A DNA stretch of 43,112 bases from Pseudomonadota bacterium (GTDB taxonomy: Bacteria; Pseudomonadota; Gammaproteobacteria; Xanthomonadales; Xanthomonadaceae): assembly GCA_023425225.1 (NCBI GenBank), contig JAFADB010000130.1, positions 1 to 43,112 of the forward strand. The letters are read 5' to 3'. The position numbers were made by a program, and so were the translations under genes. Below the pieces are notes generated by a model. That model worked only from the letters and a program-made list of their open reading frames with translations, made no database searches and was not told the origin of the DNA. This document shows, piece after piece, positions 41,147 through 43,112 of the stretch; within the stretch, counting starts at the first letter, position 1; each line of letters starts with the position of its first letter.

Positions 41147-42718
41147 TCAGGCCAGCGCGGCGTCGCTGCCGGCCGCGGCCGGCTGCTGCTGGCGCAGCAG
41201 GCGGTTGGCCACGTCCAGCCAGGCCAGCGCGCTGGCCTCGATGATGTCGCCGCTGGTGCCGCTGCCCTCGTAGGCGGTGCCGTCGTGGGTGACGCTGAGG
41301 TTGGCCTCGCCGCGCGCGTCGGCGCCGATGCCGACGCTGTGCACCTGGTAGCTGTCCAGCGTCAGCTGCACGCCGGTGGCGGCGGCCAGCGCGGCGAACA
41401 GCGCGTCCACCGGGCCGTCGCCCTCGGCCGCCTCGCTCACCCGCTGGCCGTCCGGATCGGACAGTTCCACCCGCGCGCTGGCGCGCTGGGCGGCATCGCC
41501 CTGCTGGCCGACATTGCTGACCGTCATCGACGACAGCCGGTAGCCCTGGCTGTCGCTGGCGCCCTGCATCAGCGTCTGCAGGTCGGCGTCGGTGACCACG
41601 CGCTGTTGCTCGCACAGCGCCTTGAACTGCTCGAACACCAGCTTCAGCTCTTCCTCCTCCAGCCAGTAGCCGAGCGCGCGCAGGCGCGCCTCGACCGCGG
41701 CGCGGCCGCTGTGGCGGCCCAGCACCATCTGCGAGGACTCCCAGCCCACGTCCTCCGGACGCATGATCTCGTAAGTGCCGCGGTGGCGCAGCATGCCGTG
41801 CTGGTGGATGCCGGACTCGTGGGCGAAGGCGTTGGCACCGACCACCGCCTTGTTGCGCTGCACCGGCATGCCCACCAGCCGCTGCAGCAGCTGCGAGGTC
41901 GGCACGATGCGGCGGGTGTCGATGGCGGTGTCCTGGGCGTAGAACGCGTTGCGCACCTTCAGCGCCATCGCGATCTCCTCCAGCGCGCAGTTGCCGGCGC
42001 GCTCGCCGATGCCATTGATGGTGCACTCGACCTGGCGCGCGCCACCCTCGATGGCGGCCAGCGAGTTGGCCACGGCCAGCCCCAGGTCGTCGTGGCAGTG
42101 CGCGCTGAACACCACGCGGTCGGCGCCCGGCACGCGGGCGATGATGCGCGAGAACATGCCGCGGATCTCCTCCGGCGTGGTGAAGCCGACGGTGTCGGGC
42201 AGGTTGATGGTGGTGGCGCCGGCGGCGATGGCGACCTCGGCGACCTCGGCCAGGAAGTCCTCCTCGGTGCGGGTGGCGTCCTCGGCGGAGAACTCGACGT
42301 CGTCGACGTAGCTGCGCGCCATCGCCACGTGCTTGCGTACCGATTCCAGCACCTGTTCCCTGCTCATGCGCAGCTTGTGCACGCGGTGCAGCGGGCTGGT
42401 GGACAGGAACACGTGCAGGCGCGGATGCGCGGCCGCCTCCAGCGCGCGTGCGGAGGTCTCGATATCGGCGGGCAGGCAGCGCGAGAGCACCGCCAGGGTG
42501 GTGCCGCGTAGTTCGCGGCCGATCAGCGCCATCGCCTCGCGGTCGGACTGCGAGCTGGCGGGGAAGCCGGTCTCGATGATGTCCACGCCCAGCTCGGCCA
42601 GGGCGCGCGCCATCACCAGCTTCTGCTGGGGCGACATGCTGCAGCCCGGGGACTGCTCGCCGTCGCGCAGGGTGGTGTCGAAAATCCGGATTCGCGGTGT
42701 CTGGGTCGAAGTGTTCAC
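41147..42718 (-). CDS. leuA: 2-isopropylmalate synthase
   Basis: [40 protein letters not shown]-terminal regulatory GDGPVDA; GTG start overlaps the upstream stop (GTGA), with AGAGGAG ribosome-binding site. Confidence 0.96.
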   Translation of the reverse strand: MNTSTQTPRIRIFDTTLRDGEQSPGCSMSPQQKLVMARALAELGVDIIETGFPASSQSDREAMALIGRELRGTTLAVLSRCLPADIETSARALEAAAHPRLHVFLSTSPLHRVHKLRMSREQVLESVRKHVAMARSYVDDVEFSAEDATRTEEDFLAEVAEVAIAAGATTINLPDTVGFTTPEEIRGMFSRIIARVPGADRVVFSAHCHDDLGLAVANSLAAIEGGARQVECTINGIGERAGNCALEEIAMALKVRNAFYAQDTAIDTRRIVPTSQLLQRLVGMPVQRNKAVVGANAFAHESGIHQHGMLRHRGTYEIMRPEDVGWESSQMVLGRHSGRAAVEARLRALGYWLEEEELKLVFEQFKALCEQQRVVTDADLQTLMQGASDSQGYRLSSMTVSNVGQQGDAAQRASARVELSDPDGQRVSEAAEGDGPVDALFAALAAATGVQLTLDSYQVHSVGIGADARGEANLSVTHDGTAYEGSGTSGDIIEASALAWLDVANRLLRQQQPAAAGSDAALA

Positions 42719-43112
42719 CAGAGGGTCTCCTCTACTGCGGTGGCGGTGGCGGCGATGGGAAAGGCGGAAGCGGCCGGACGGGCCATTTTCGGCGATTGCG
42801 GGGGCGTGGCGGTACTGGGCGATGGCGGCGGCGATGTGGGACGCTCGCGGCTGCGCCGGCGCGGCTTGCGCGGCGGCCGCGGCCGCACCTCGGACAGCAG
42901 CCGGGCCAGCACCAGGGCGTCGATGTTGCCGCCGGAGACGACCGCGCACTTGCGCTTGCCGGCGACCCGGCGGCCGGCGGCCAGCGCCAGCGCGCCGGCG
43001 CCCTCGGCGATCACGTGTTCCTCCAGCGCCAGCCGCACCAGGGTCTCGCGCAGTTCGGCCTCGCGCACGATGACCACGTCGTCGAGCAGGCTGGTGCACA
43101 GCCTGCGGGTGA
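42715..43112 (-). CDS. ilvA: Threonine/serine dehydratase, 3' part (starts beyond the window)
   Basis: [28 protein letters not shown] fold-type II PLP motifs; upstream of leuA. Confidence 0.8.
   Translation of the reverse strand, partial: TRRLCTSLLDDVVIVREAELRETLVRLALEEHVIAEGAGALALAAGRRVAGKRKCAVVSGGNIDALVLARLLSEVRPRPPRKPRRRSRERPTSPPPSPSTATPPQSPKMARPAASAFPIAATATAVEETLW

Overview
This is a GC-rich, densely coding core-chromosome segment that looks like a Xanthomonadaceae genome, most similar to Stenotrophomonas (inferred from gene content and order). In order it holds: the end of a glutathione-dependent formaldehyde detoxification locus (frmA, then fghA with an unusual N-terminal extra domain); small housekeeping genes (DegV, GST-kappa/DsbA, DUF924, GFA, Grx4-HesB-rhodanese fusion, deacetylase, Excalibur protein, methyltransferase, SGNH hydrolase, aminotransferase, rsgA); a C4-dicarboxylate/malate module (LuxR-type regulator, hybrid kinase, OprO/P-family porin, dctA, maeB); an MFS exporter; LPS genes (GT4, O-antigen ligase-like, lpxL, waaA); a tolC-pcm-TetR / RND efflux locus matching the smeRo-pcm-tolC / smeOP layout; a beta-propeller diguanylate cyclase; and the leu operon with part of a threonine dehydratase. 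I found no rRNA, tRNA, CRISPR array, transposase, integrase or defence gene. The best candidate for an under-described system is the dicarboxylate module, whose kinase joins a DctB-like sensor to a CrbS/MxtR-like cytoplasmic part, with a CrbR/ErdR-like regulator and phased candidate boxes in the porin-dctA promoter. Other notable items are the FghA fusion, a doubly coupled small ORF between leuC and leuD, two copies of a composite palindromic repeat, and several apparently leaderless genes. All family calls come from motifs read by eye; no database search was run, so novelty is unconfirmed.
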